The notes beneath the pieces are model-generated. The model was not told where the DNA came from. It saw only the letters and a program-made list of their open reading frames with translations, and did not search any database. 64,000 nt of DNA, taken from positions 53,357 to 117,356 of the forward strand of contig JAXHLY010000008.1 in the NCBI GenBank assembly GCA_034521715.1, given 5' to 3'. This stretch comes from Gammaproteobacteria bacterium (GTDB taxonomy: Bacteria > Pseudomonadota > Gammaproteobacteria > Methylohalomonadales > Methylohalomonadaceae). Numbering within the stretch: the first letter of the stretch is position 1; the number at the start of each line of letters is the position of its first letter. The position numbers and the translations under genes are program-made. Shown one piece after another: positions 10,138-17,446 of the stretch.

Positions 10138-10230
10138 CCCCAACAATGGGTTCAACCGGACGCCGATAAGCCACCGGGCGGCAAGAGCGGTTGGGTTCGG
10201 TGGCGGCGCCGGTTAACCCAGGCGTTATGC
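10138..10230 (+). other. attC site 9
   Basis: CCCCAAC AATGGGTTCAACCGGACGCC...GGCGCCGGTTAACCCA...GTTATGC. Confidence 0.88.
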
Positions 10231-10263
10231 AGCATGATAGTCGTTCAGCATCGGATGTAATGA

Positions 10264-10490
10264 ATGCCTAAATACAGATACACAGATTATTTCGAAAATG
10301 AAGTTCTGAGAAAGCGCCCCTACCTAAAGAAGGAATGGTGCGAATTCGTACTAGAAAATGCTGTGAAATCGGAGCCGCAAGAGCACGATAGATATCGGTT
10401 CTGGGCACAAATTCCGGAGATTGAGGGCCGATACTTGAGGATAGACTGACAATACATAATGCTTTTCCAGATCGAGGATTTAAGCCATGA
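10264..10490 (+). pseudogene. Cassette 10: small toxin-like partner of DUF2283, apparent internal deletion
   Basis: MPKYRYTDYFENEVLRKRPY...GRYLR, then out-of-frame DRLTIHNAFPDRGFKP* overlapping the next ATG. Confidence 0.6.
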
Positions 10491-10705
10491 AGCTTAATTA
10501 CTATCCTGACACAGACTCGCTATATATCGATTTATCCGAACACACCAGTACAGAAAGTAAAGAAATTTCAGAGGGTGTTGTCCTGGATTATGACGCAGAG
10601 GGAAAGCTAGTCGGAATTGATATAGATAATGCAAGTAACAAAGTCGAACTAAAAAAGCTCATCCTCAGCAAGCTTCCCAGCAAAGTTGAAACAGCTGCTG
10701 CATAA
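10487..10705 (+). CDS. Cassette 10: DUF2283 family putative antitoxin
   Basis: MKLNYYPDTDSLYIDL...EISEGVVLDYDAEGKLVGIDI. Confidence 0.85.
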   Translation: MKLNYYPDTDSLYIDLSEHTSTESKEISEGVVLDYDAEGKLVGIDIDNASNKVELKKLILSKLPSKVETAAA

Positions 10706-10761
10706 CACCGCGCTCCAGGGGACGCGCAAAAGTCTCGCGCCCCTGAACCAGACCGTTATAG
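10700..10761 (+). other. attC site 10
   Basis: GCATAAC...CAGGGGACGCG...CGCGCCCCTG...GTTATAG. Confidence 0.88.
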
Positions 10762-10769
10762 GTCAACTA

Positions 10770-10798
10770 TTGCTTGTATCAATTTGAAGAGTTAAATT
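10770..10798 (+). promoter_or_regulatory. Cassette-internal sigma70 promoter candidate
   Basis: TTGCTT-N17-TAAATT, 6 nt before the antitoxin ATG. Confidence 0.5.
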
Positions 10799-10804
10799 TA
10801 CAAC

Positions 10805-11023
10805 ATGAGCAGTATCAATTTCTCAGAATTAGTTGAACTGCCGGTTCAGGAGCGGATTCGCTTGGTAGAGGCCTTATGGGATACTATTGCGGAACAGCCT
10901 GAATCGATTGAACTTACTCCGGCAGAACGCCGAGAGCTTGACCGACGCATGGAGGCCTATTTGAAAAATCCATCCGAGGGCACTCCCTGGCCAGAAGTTA
11001 AGTCTGGCCTCCTCGCCCGCTGA
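10805..11023 (+). CDS. Cassette 11: addiction module antitoxin
   Basis: LPVQERIRLVEALWDTI...ELDRRMEAY...GTPWPEVK. Confidence 0.85.
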   Translation: MSSINFSELVELPVQERIRLVEALWDTIAEQPESIELTPAERRELDRRMEAYLKNPSEGTPWPEVKSGLLAR

Positions 11024-11319
11024 TGACGCACCGCATCATTGTTCGGCCGGAAGCCGAAGATGACCTGTATGCGGCATTCGATTGGTATGAATCCTAGCGT
11101 CTTGGATTAGGGCGGGATTTTGCACGGGAAATATCCCATTGCATCGATACTATCGCTGAATCACCCTTTCTTTATGCCCCAATAGACGGGATTATTCGTC
11201 GTGCTCTTGCTAGAAAATTCCCTTTTGCAGTTTATTATTTGACTAATGAGGAAGACACTGTGGTTATTGCAGTGTTGCACTGTGCACGAGATCCGAAAAC
11301 TTGGAAAGGAAGAAAGTGA
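11023..11319 (+). pseudogene. Cassette 11: RelE/ParE-family toxin with in-frame TAG at codon 25 (11095-11097)
   Basis: MTHRIIVRPEAEDDLYAAFDWYES*RLGLGRDF...RRALARKFPFAVYY...IAVLHCARDPKTW. Confidence 0.8.
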
Positions 11320-11328
11320 GATGTTGAC

Positions 11329-11389
11329 CTATAACAAATCACTCCAGCCGACCGCAAAAAGAGCGGCCGGCTGAATGCCAACGTTATAC
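11329..11389 (+). other. attC site 11
   Basis: CTATAAC...CAGCCGACCGCAAAAAGAGCGGCCGGCTG...GTTATAC. Confidence 0.88.
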
Positions 11390-11394
11390 GACCC

Positions 11395-11423
11395 TTTACA
11401 TATACATATAATATACATATACT
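11395..11423 (+). promoter_or_regulatory. Cassette-internal sigma70 promoter candidate for brnTA
   Basis: TTTACA-N17-TATACT overlapping ACATAT repeats (possible operator), 6 nt before the ATG. Confidence 0.6.
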
Positions 11424-11429
11424 AATCAC

Positions 11430-11696
11430 ATGGACGTGATCTGGGATCCGGCCAAGGCTCGGGCCAACTGGAAGAAGCACGGAGTCAGCTTCCCTGATGC
11501 AGAAGCGGTCCTTTGGGATCCATAGGCACTTACGCGCGAGGACCCTAAGACAGAAAACGAATTTAGATTTGTCACTCTTGGCCTGGATTCCCTGAGTCGC
11601 GTTCCTGTGGTGGTGTATGCCTATGAAGGAGACAACATACGCCTTATTTCAGCGAGAAAGGCAAGTACCGGAGAGCGACGACATTATGAAAAGTGA
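11430..11696 (+). pseudogene. brnT: Cassette 12: BrnT toxin with in-frame TAG at codon 32 (11523-11525)
   Basis: WDPAKARANWKKHGVSFPDAEAVLWDP*...NIRLISARKA. Confidence 0.82.
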
Positions 11697-11979
11697 GTAC
11701 GATTTTTCCAAGGCCAAGCGTGGGGCTGTGATTTCCAATGGTGGTAAAGAACGGATTACGATATTTCTGGATAAGGAAGTCGTAGCTGAGTTTCGTGAGC
11801 GCGCCGCTGAAGAGGGCCGTGGATATCAAACAATGATTAATGAAGCGCTACGTGAATATTTAACATCCGAACGACATCCGCTGGATGAAGAGACGCTTCG
11901 TAAAGTTTTACGTGAGGAACTCAAAGAACGTCGTCTAACAAAGCGCTCAAAAAGGACGCCACAAAGCGGCGCCTCTTAG
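11686..11979 (+). CDS. brnA: Cassette 12: BrnA antitoxin (ORF runs into the attC)
   Basis: MKSEYDFSKAKRG...KERITIFLDKEVVAEFR...GYQTMINEALREY. Confidence 0.85.
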   Translation: MKSEYDFSKAKRGAVISNGGKERITIFLDKEVVAEFRERAAEEGRGYQTMINEALREYLTSERHPLDEETLRKVLREELKERRLTKRSKRTPQSGAS

Positions 11980-11993
11980 CGCGATCGTTAGGA
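11933..11993 (+). other. attC site 12
   Basis: GTCTAAC AAAGCGCT...GGACGCC...GGCGCCTCTTAGCGC...GTTAGGA. Confidence 0.85.
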
Positions 11994-12000
11994 GTTCATT

Positions 12001-12534
12001 ATGAAGGCACCATCGGAGCGCATTATATTTGACACGGACAACCCTCTGTTCAAGCGCGCGCATCCGGTGCTGTTGACCCTGTTCTGTAAGGGTGTGCAGG
12101 AAACGACCTCAAAGCAGCTGGTGTTGGCTGCAGGTTTAGCGATTTTGATTAGCCCTATGAGATGGATCATCTACATCTTCCGTCGTGGGGTTCACATTGT
12201 CATTGTACTCGCTGTATGGTGGCTATTGCGTGATGAACTCGCTGGGCTCGGTGTCTCAGATTATGTTTTTCTGGGTGTCGCACTCGTGGTCGTCCTATAC
12301 AAGGAGATATATCAGGAGCTGGTGGATGTAATGCTATACCTGCTTATTGTAGTAACCGCTGGTGTATTTCTGCGTTGGATGTGCGCTGGCTATCTGTCGG
12401 GCACGGGATTTCGTCAGTATGCGTTGACTCAAGATCCGATGTCGAGAGTAATTGGAACCATGGTCAACGCTATATCGCAGCGATACAGAGTTAAATATGA
12501 AGAAATTATGAACCTCTACCTGGATTACGAATAG
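12001..12534 (+). CDS. Cassette 13 hypothetical membrane protein
   Basis: RBS AGGAG, about 4 hydrophobic segments. Confidence 0.55.
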   Translation: MKAPSERIIFDTDNPLFKRAHPVLLTLFCKGVQETTSKQLVLAAGLAILISPMRWIIYIFRRGVHIVIVLAVWWLLRDELAGLGVSDYVFLGVALVVVLYKEIYQELVDVMLYLLIVVTAGVFLRWMCAGYLSGTGFRQYALTQDPMSRVIGTMVNAISQRYRVKYEEIMNLYLDYE

Positions 12535-12600
12535 CCCACAGAATGAGAGCGTTTGGATACACTGTTGGATGCGTATTCTGAAGGGGTATACAGTAATGAC

Positions 12601-12677
12601 ACCTAACCACAGCTTCAACACAAACCGGCTTTTCCGCAGCGCTCCAAAGCCGGCCGGTTAAGCTGATTGCGTTATGT
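12601..12677 (+). other. attC site 13
   Basis: ACCTAAC CACAGCTT...CCGGCTTT...AAAGCCGG...AAGCTG...GTTATGT. Confidence 0.82.
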
Positions 12678-12682
12678 GCTTT

Positions 12683-12711
12683 TTGCCAAGTTCTGAATCT
12701 GAGAGTATGAT
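12683..12711 (+). promoter_or_regulatory. Cassette-internal sigma70 promoter candidate
   Basis: TTGCCA-N17-TATGAT, 5 nt before the antitoxin ATG. Confidence 0.6.
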
Positions 12712-12716
12712 TTCCA

Positions 12717-12926
12717 ATGAGTGTGAATATTAAAGACCTCCCAATTTCTGAGAAAGTCCGTCTTGTAGAGGATTTGTGGGATAGTATTGCCTCCGATCAG
12801 GAATCCCTGCCTTTAACTCAAGAGCAGAAAATTGAACTGGATAGGCGGTTAGTCGCTTATGAAGCAGATGGTGATCTTGGCCGCCCCGCGGGCGAGGCTG
12901 TGAAGGATATACGTTCCCGGCTATGA
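12717..12926 (+). CDS. Cassette 14: addiction module antitoxin
   Basis: LPISEKVRLVEDLWDSI...ELDRRLVAY. Confidence 0.85.
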   Translation: MSVNIKDLPISEKVRLVEDLWDSIASDQESLPLTQEQKIELDRRLVAYEADGDLGRPAGEAVKDIRSRL

Positions 12927-13219
12927 CCTTTGAAATTCGCCTCAGGGAAGAAGCGACGGAAGATCTGGCTGAAGCTGCCAATTGGTATGAGCGGCAATTA
13001 TCTGGCTTGGGCAACGAGTTTTTGGATACAGTTCTTTCATTTTTTGACTCTATCTCAGAAAATCCTCATCAGTATCCCATCATCCATAAAGATGTAAGAC
13101 GAGCTTTGATGCCTCGGTTTCCATTTGGTGTCTACTACCGGCTTGAGGCTGAATTCGTCTTGGTTTACGGAGTAATGCATGGTAGCCGGAATCCAAGGCG
13201 TTGGCAGGGCCGCACATAA
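12923..13219 (+). CDS. Cassette 14: RelE/ParE-family toxin (intact)
   Basis: EATEDLAEAANWYERQLSGLGNEF...RRALMPRFPFGVYY...VMHGSRNPRRW. Confidence 0.88.
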   Translation: MTFEIRLREEATEDLAEAANWYERQLSGLGNEFLDTVLSFFDSISENPHQYPIIHKDVRRALMPRFPFGVYYRLEAEFVLVYGVMHGSRNPRRWQGRT

Positions 13220-13276
13220 CAATCTCAAGCAAACGGACGCTCACTGCGTTCTCGCCGTTGTTGAAGGGCGTTATGT
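13214..13276 (+). other. attC site 14
   Basis: ACATAAC...GTTATGT with an internal imperfect palindrome. Confidence 0.82.
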
Positions 13277-13815
13277 TGCAAGGGGGATTCAGTGCTAACC
13301 CTTCATGCGCCAAGAAAGTTCAAGACTTTCTCAAATTGAAGGCAGATGATCTTGCTGAGCCTGTAGAAAGTGAGGAGGGGTTTGGTGCCTGGTACGTGAA
13401 TCACTTCCAGGTGGACCGCAGGAAATGTCTAATTTTCATGAATGAGAAGAGCCTTCTCTCATTCATCCTGTTTGGAGTGAAGAAAAGTAATACGAAGAAA
13501 GAAACATTTCATGAGCTTTGTCTAAACGGAGTATTTCAGCTGTTCGAAATTGAGGGCTTTCCCATAGATTATATCAACGTAATTCTCGACAACTCAAAGC
13601 AGTCTCGTTACATGAAGACCACTGATAGGAAGACATTGGGCAATCTGAATGACCTGATTTTCTTGTATGAACATAGGATCTTATCGGATGGCGGTCTTGA
13701 ATATTGCGACTTGACTGAAATAATAATGAAGATTAATAGAACACCCCAAAGAAACATTGGCTGGGGTTACTCAGTTGATAAAGCAAAAGAGATCTTGAGT
13801 GAAATTGCAACATAA
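13273..13815 (+). CDS. Cassette 15: DUF6933-like hypothetical protein
   Basis: GAWYVNHFQVDRRKCLIFMNEKSLLSF...KTTDRKTLGNLND...INRTP. Confidence 0.55.
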   Translation: MLQGGFSANPSCAKKVQDFLKLKADDLAEPVESEEGFGAWYVNHFQVDRRKCLIFMNEKSLLSFILFGVKKSNTKKETFHELCLNGVFQLFEIEGFPIDYINVILDNSKQSRYMKTTDRKTLGNLNDLIFLYEHRILSDGGLEYCDLTEIIMKINRTPQRNIGWGYSVDKAKEILSEIAT

Positions 13816-13872
13816 CAATCACAAGCAGGCTGACGGCTACTTCGGAGCCGCATCTGTTGTGAAGCGTTATGC
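13810..13872 (+). other. attC site 15
   Basis: ACATAAC AATCACAAGC...CGGCT ACTTCGG AGCCG...TTGTGA...GTTATGC. Confidence 0.85.
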
Positions 13873-13902
13873 GGCATAGAGCAACCCAATGGACGTATCT
13901 AA

Positions 13903-14091
13903 ATGAAGGTCAAGGAACTGATCAAACGAATCGAGGGCGACGGGTGGGTTATGTCTCGACAGCGTGGAAGTCATCGGCAGTTCAAACACCCCACCAAACC
14001 GGGAACTGTTACGGTCTCGGGCAAGCCCAATATTGATGTCCCGCCGGGCACTTTGAATAATGTGCTGAAACAGGCCGGGCTCAAGAAGTAG
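13903..14091 (+). CDS. hicA: Cassette 16: HicA toxin
   Basis: GWVMSRQRGSHRQFKHPTKPGTVTV...VPPGTLNNVLKQAG. Confidence 0.92.
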   Translation: MKVKELIKRIEGDGWVMSRQRGSHRQFKHPTKPGTVTVSGKPNIDVPPGTLNNVLKQAGLKK

Positions 14092-14100
14092 GAGAATCTG

Positions 14101-14316
14101 ATGCGTTATACCGTCATTGTAGAGGAAGGTGCTACGAGCTGGGGAGCCTATGTGCCGGATTTGCCGGGATGTGTAGCCGCTGGTGAGAGTCGGGAAGAGG
14201 CGCTTCGGCTAATCCGCGAGGCGATCGAGTTCCATTTGGAAGGGCTCAAGGAGGAAGGGCAACCGGCTCCGGAGCCCCATTCGTATGGTGAGGTGGTCGA
14301 AGTCCATGCCGCATAA
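14101..14316 (+). CDS. hicB: Cassette 16: HicB antitoxin
   Basis: YTVIVEEGATSWGAYVPDLPGCVAAGESREEALRLIREAIEFHLEGL. Confidence 0.92.
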   Translation: MRYTVIVEEGATSWGAYVPDLPGCVAAGESREEALRLIREAIEFHLEGLKEEGQPAPEPHSYGEVVEVHAA

Positions 14317-14369
14317 TACGGCGCTCAACCGGACGCTCGTACCTCGCGCCGGTTAGCTCTGCGGTACAG
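14311..14369 (+). other. attC site 16, both cores mutated
   Basis: GCATAAT (not AAC)...AACCGGACGC...GCGCCGGTT...GGTACAG (not GTT). Confidence 0.6.
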
Positions 14370-14408
14370 AAGGATCAAGTGCTCGTAGAGGTTGAGCAAG
14401 AATCAGCC

Positions 14409-14498
14409 GCATAACCAGGCGGTCAACCGGACGCCAAAAGCGTACCGCTTTTGGTTCCCTCCGCTAGCGCTCCGGCGCCGGTTACCTCTGCGTTAGAT
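14409..14498 (+). other. attC site 17
   Basis: GCATAAC CAGGCGGTCAACCGGACGCC...GGCGCCGGTTACC...GTTAGAT. Confidence 0.88.
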
Positions 14499-14505
14499 CA
14501 AGTAT

Positions 14506-14979
14506 ATGAGAACATTCAGTCGTAAGAGCTTCACTACGGGTTTGGGAGCGTGCGCTGCGGTTTCATCGGTTCCGGGACTGATATTTGCTTATGGGTTAAA
14601 TGGTTGGCTCAGCGTGGCCGTTTTCGGCGCAGGAGTGATCTGCTCCAGTTTGGTCGCGGCTCAACTTGCGTATCGGGGAGCGTGCAGAAGAATTCAGGCC
14701 GGCAGACCTCCCTGGGTACCATGTGTGGGTGCCCTTATGGCTGCTTATATCCTGTTCGGGCTACTCATATCGCTCGCCTTCATACTGACGGACAAGAAAA
14801 TCGACCTGGGATGGGCTCTGATGCGCACCCTGTTACAATTGTGGGCATTGACAGCGACCATGGGAATAATATTAACGGTCTGGTTGGCATTGCCAGCGGT
14901 TATCTTTTTGGCTTTCTGGCTAGATCGCTCTAACAAAGGGCTACAGGCTACGCAGCAAAGCTGCCGGCCTGAGCGCTAG
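14506..14979 (+). CDS. Last cassette: hypothetical membrane protein (ORF runs into the attC)
   Basis: About 4 hydrophobic segments between attC17 and attC18. Confidence 0.55.
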   Translation: MRTFSRKSFTTGLGACAAVSSVPGLIFAYGLNGWLSVAVFGAGVICSSLVAAQLAYRGACRRIQAGRPPWVPCVGALMAAYILFGLLISLAFILTDKKIDLGWALMRTLLQLWALTATMGIILTVWLALPAVIFLAFWLDRSNKGLQATQQSCRPER

Positions 14980-14987
14980 CGTTTGGC
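14928..14987 (+). other. attC site 18 (terminal)
   Basis: CTCTAAC...CAGGCTACGCAGCAAAGCTGCCGGCCTG...GTTTGGC. Confidence 0.72.
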
Positions 14988-15081
14988 CTCTGATCAGGGC
15001 AGAACCCTTGGCATGCTTATGACTTACATTGCTTTCCCGGCTCCGGCGATTTGGCTATTGTTGAATTATCCGGGTTAATAG

Positions 15082-15645
15082 ATGCATGCCGGTCAAGGTA
15101 TGAAGATAAAAGACATGAAGCCAGGTTTCAGCCGCCTGTTAGCCTATGGGTTTTACTGGCAGCATCCGGCGGTGGGCGTGTTGTCTGCCGTGGTGTTGTC
15201 CGGCTTCGCAATCTGGGTGATCAGTGAGCTCAGTTCCCTGAACGATCTGCTGCCCAACAATAACCTTGCCGCCGCCCGCGGCATCCTCGTCATGGGCGGT
15301 ATTGCCCTGATCTACATCGCCTGGCGTTTGGCGCGGTATGCCTGGGCGCGTGTACGTTACGGACTTGCCCAGGGTGCGCCGGGCTGGTCCACGGCCCTGG
15401 TTGATGTCGTACATTATATCGTGCTGACACTTTTGGGGGAGTTGCTGTTGCTGGCGCCGGTACTGGGTAAAGAGGGTTACCCGTTGGTGTATCTCGGTTA
15501 TGCGTCACCCGGACTGTACTTCGTGCTGGGCATCCTGGCCGGTATCGCCACGCTCGCCTTGCTCTGGCCAGCCTGGATGCTGTCGTCACCGCCCCACCGC
15601 ATCATGCCCTACGTACCGACGCATCCGCACCTGGGGAAGCGCTGA
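15082..15645 (+). CDS. Hypothetical four-TM membrane protein
   Basis: Hydrophobic ORF with host-like GC content; no downstream attC seen. Confidence 0.55.
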   Translation: MHAGQGMKIKDMKPGFSRLLAYGFYWQHPAVGVLSAVVLSGFAIWVISELSSLNDLLPNNNLAAARGILVMGGIALIYIAWRLARYAWARVRYGLAQGAPGWSTALVDVVHYIVLTLLGELLLLAPVLGKEGYPLVYLGYASPGLYFVLGILAGIATLALLWPAWMLSSPPHRIMPYVPTHPHLGKR

Positions 15646-15805
15646 ACGACAGGCACCCGATCCGTTCTGCACCGTTTGGGTGAGGACAGTTCTTTGCCTG
15701 CTGGGCCGTGGCGATAGCAAAAATACCGCCTGCCTGCCGCAGACGTTCACGTTCACTGGCTTTGCTGATCGACTGTTTCGCGGCGCTGCCGATCGGTTTC
15801 CGCCA

Positions 15806-16990
15806 TCAATCCGTTTTCCTGACGAGCAGGCCTTTGAGATAGGCACCCTCGGGAAAGCTCAGGCGCACGGGATGGTCGGCTGCCTGGCTGTAATGCCTGA
15901 GAATGACGCCAGTGCAGCCGGCATCCAGGGCGGCGTCGGCGACGATTTTCTGGAACAACTCCGGCGCCAGCAGACCGGAACAGGAAAAGGTCAGCAGGTA
16001 ACCGCCGGGGCGCAGCAGTTTGAACGCCAGCCGGTTGATGTCCTTGTAACCGCGGCTGGCCCGCATCAGGCCGGCCTTGCTGTCAACGAACTTCGGCGGA
16101 TCGAGGACGATGACATCAAAGTGCCGGTCGTCGCGATCCAGCCGGCGCAGGCAGTTAAAGACATCCTCGTGCAGGTTGTCGACACGGCCGGCGTCGAGCC
16201 CGTTCAGGGCGACATTGTCATCAAGTATTTTCAGCGCCTGTTCCGAACTGTCGATATTCACTACCCGGCGGGCGCCGCCCTGCAGTGCCCGCAGGCCGAA
16301 ACCGCCGGTGTAGGAAAAGGCGTTCAGGACTTCCGCCTCGTTGCACAAGGGCGCGAGCTGAATGCGGTTGTCGCGCTGGTCCAGGTAGAACCCGGTCTTG
16401 TGTCCGTGCCGGATATCGACTTTGTAATACAGGCCGGCTTCATGGATGGTGATGTATTCGGGAACGTCTTCACCGGCCAGGGTGCCGCAGCGTGATTCCA
16501 GGCCTTCGCGATTGCGGCTGTCGGCATCGGAGCGCTCGTATATGCCACGGCAGGGCAGCAGCGACTGCAGCATGTCGACGATCGTGTCGCGCCAGTATTC
16601 CGTGCCGGTGGCGAGGAACTGGCAGACCAGGTAACCGGCATAACGATCGACAATCAGTCCCGGCAGCCCATCGGATTCGGCATTGACCAGACGGCAGCCG
16701 CCGTCCGGATCGCTCAGAAGGTCGCGGCGCAGTTGCAGGGCCTGTTCAATACGCTGGCGGAAAAAGCCCTGATCGATAACGCTGTCCGGGTCGAAAGCCC
16801 AGACCCGTGCCCGTATCTGCGACTGCGGGGACCATGCCCCGACAGCCAATACTTCACCCTTGCTGTTGCAGATGCCGACGGTTTCGCCGGCCGCCGCATC
16901 CGGCCCGGCGGCGATCGCGCCGGAGAAAATCCACGGGTGATGCCTGAGCAGAGACTTTTCGCGACCGGCCTTGAGGCGTAGCTGTTTCAT
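15806..16990 (-). CDS. rlmI: 23S rRNA m5C1962 methyltransferase RlmI family
   Basis: HPWIFSGAI PUA domain, ESDGLPGLIVDRY, GHKTGFYLDQRDNR, DVIVLDPPKF, FPEGAYLK. Confidence 0.9.
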   Translation of the reverse strand: MKQLRLKAGREKSLLRHHPWIFSGAIAAGPDAAAGETVGICNSKGEVLAVGAWSPQSQIRARVWAFDPDSVIDQGFFRQRIEQALQLRRDLLSDPDGGCRLVNAESDGLPGLIVDRYAGYLVCQFLATGTEYWRDTIVDMLQSLLPCRGIYERSDADSRNREGLESRCGTLAGEDVPEYITIHEAGLYYKVDIRHGHKTGFYLDQRDNRIQLAPLCNEAEVLNAFSYTGGFGLRALQGGARRVVNIDSSEQALKILDDNVALNGLDAGRVDNLHEDVFNCLRRLDRDDRHFDVIVLDPPKFVDSKAGLMRASRGYKDINRLAFKLLRPGGYLLTFSCSGLLAPELFQKIVADAALDAGCTGVILRHYSQAADHPVRLSFPEGAYLKGLLVRKTD

Positions 16991-17113
16991 GATTTTCCGC
17001 CAAACAGTGGGCGCGCATTATAACGGACAAACCGGTTGCCGGGATCCTGTAACAGCTCTGAATTTCCGGTAATATGATGGTCAAAACATTCAACAACAAC
17101 ATTCATTGATCCC

Positions 17114-17443
17114 TTGACTGACCGGCCACACAAATTTCCCCTGATCGCACTGTTGGCTTTAGCTGTTGCCGGGCCGGCCACTGCCGATGACACCGGTGTC
17201 CCTGAGGATAGTCCCCGCCGCGCCGAGGCCCTGGCGTTCAACTGTTTTACCTGCCACGGTACCGACGGCGAAAGCCCGGGGCGCATGAAATCACTGAATG
17301 AACTGTCCGCCACCGAGATACGCGACAAGCTCATGGCGTTCAGGCGCGATGAAAACAATCCCACGATCATGAACCGGATCGCCAGGGGCTACAGCGATGA
17401 CGAGATCGCGATCATTGCCGACTATATCGCCAACCTGGAATAG
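17114..17443 (+). CDS. Monoheme c-type cytochrome, flavocytochrome c subunit (FccA-like)
   Basis: Signal peptide, CFTCH, TIMNRIARGY; directly upstream of the flavoprotein. Confidence 0.85.
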   Translation: MTDRPHKFPLIALLALAVAGPATADDTGVPEDSPRRAEALAFNCFTCHGTDGESPGRMKSLNELSATEIRDKLMAFRRDENNPTIMNRIARGYSDDEIAIIADYIANLE

Positions 17444-17446
17444 TTT

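Larger units (their letters stand above)
1587..14987. mobile_element. Chromosomal integron: intI, attI and an array of about 17-18 gene cassettes
   Basis: intI divergent from an AT-rich array of mostly co-oriented ORFs separated by RYYYAAC...GTTRRRY imperfect palindromes. Confidence 0.93.

Noticed and set aside
11095-12534. In-frame TAG codons as stop-codon reassignment or pyrrolysine
   Set aside because: TAG ends normal genes in this window (e.g. cytochrome c at 17443, hicA at 14091) and no pyl genes are seen
4631-14987. attC series as CRISPR or REP array
   Set aside because: Spacing is gene-sized, the sites have RYYYAAC/GTTRRRY cores and an integron integrase is adjacent
15082-15645. Membrane protein as a further integron cassette
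   Set aside because: No downstream attC and GC content is host-like
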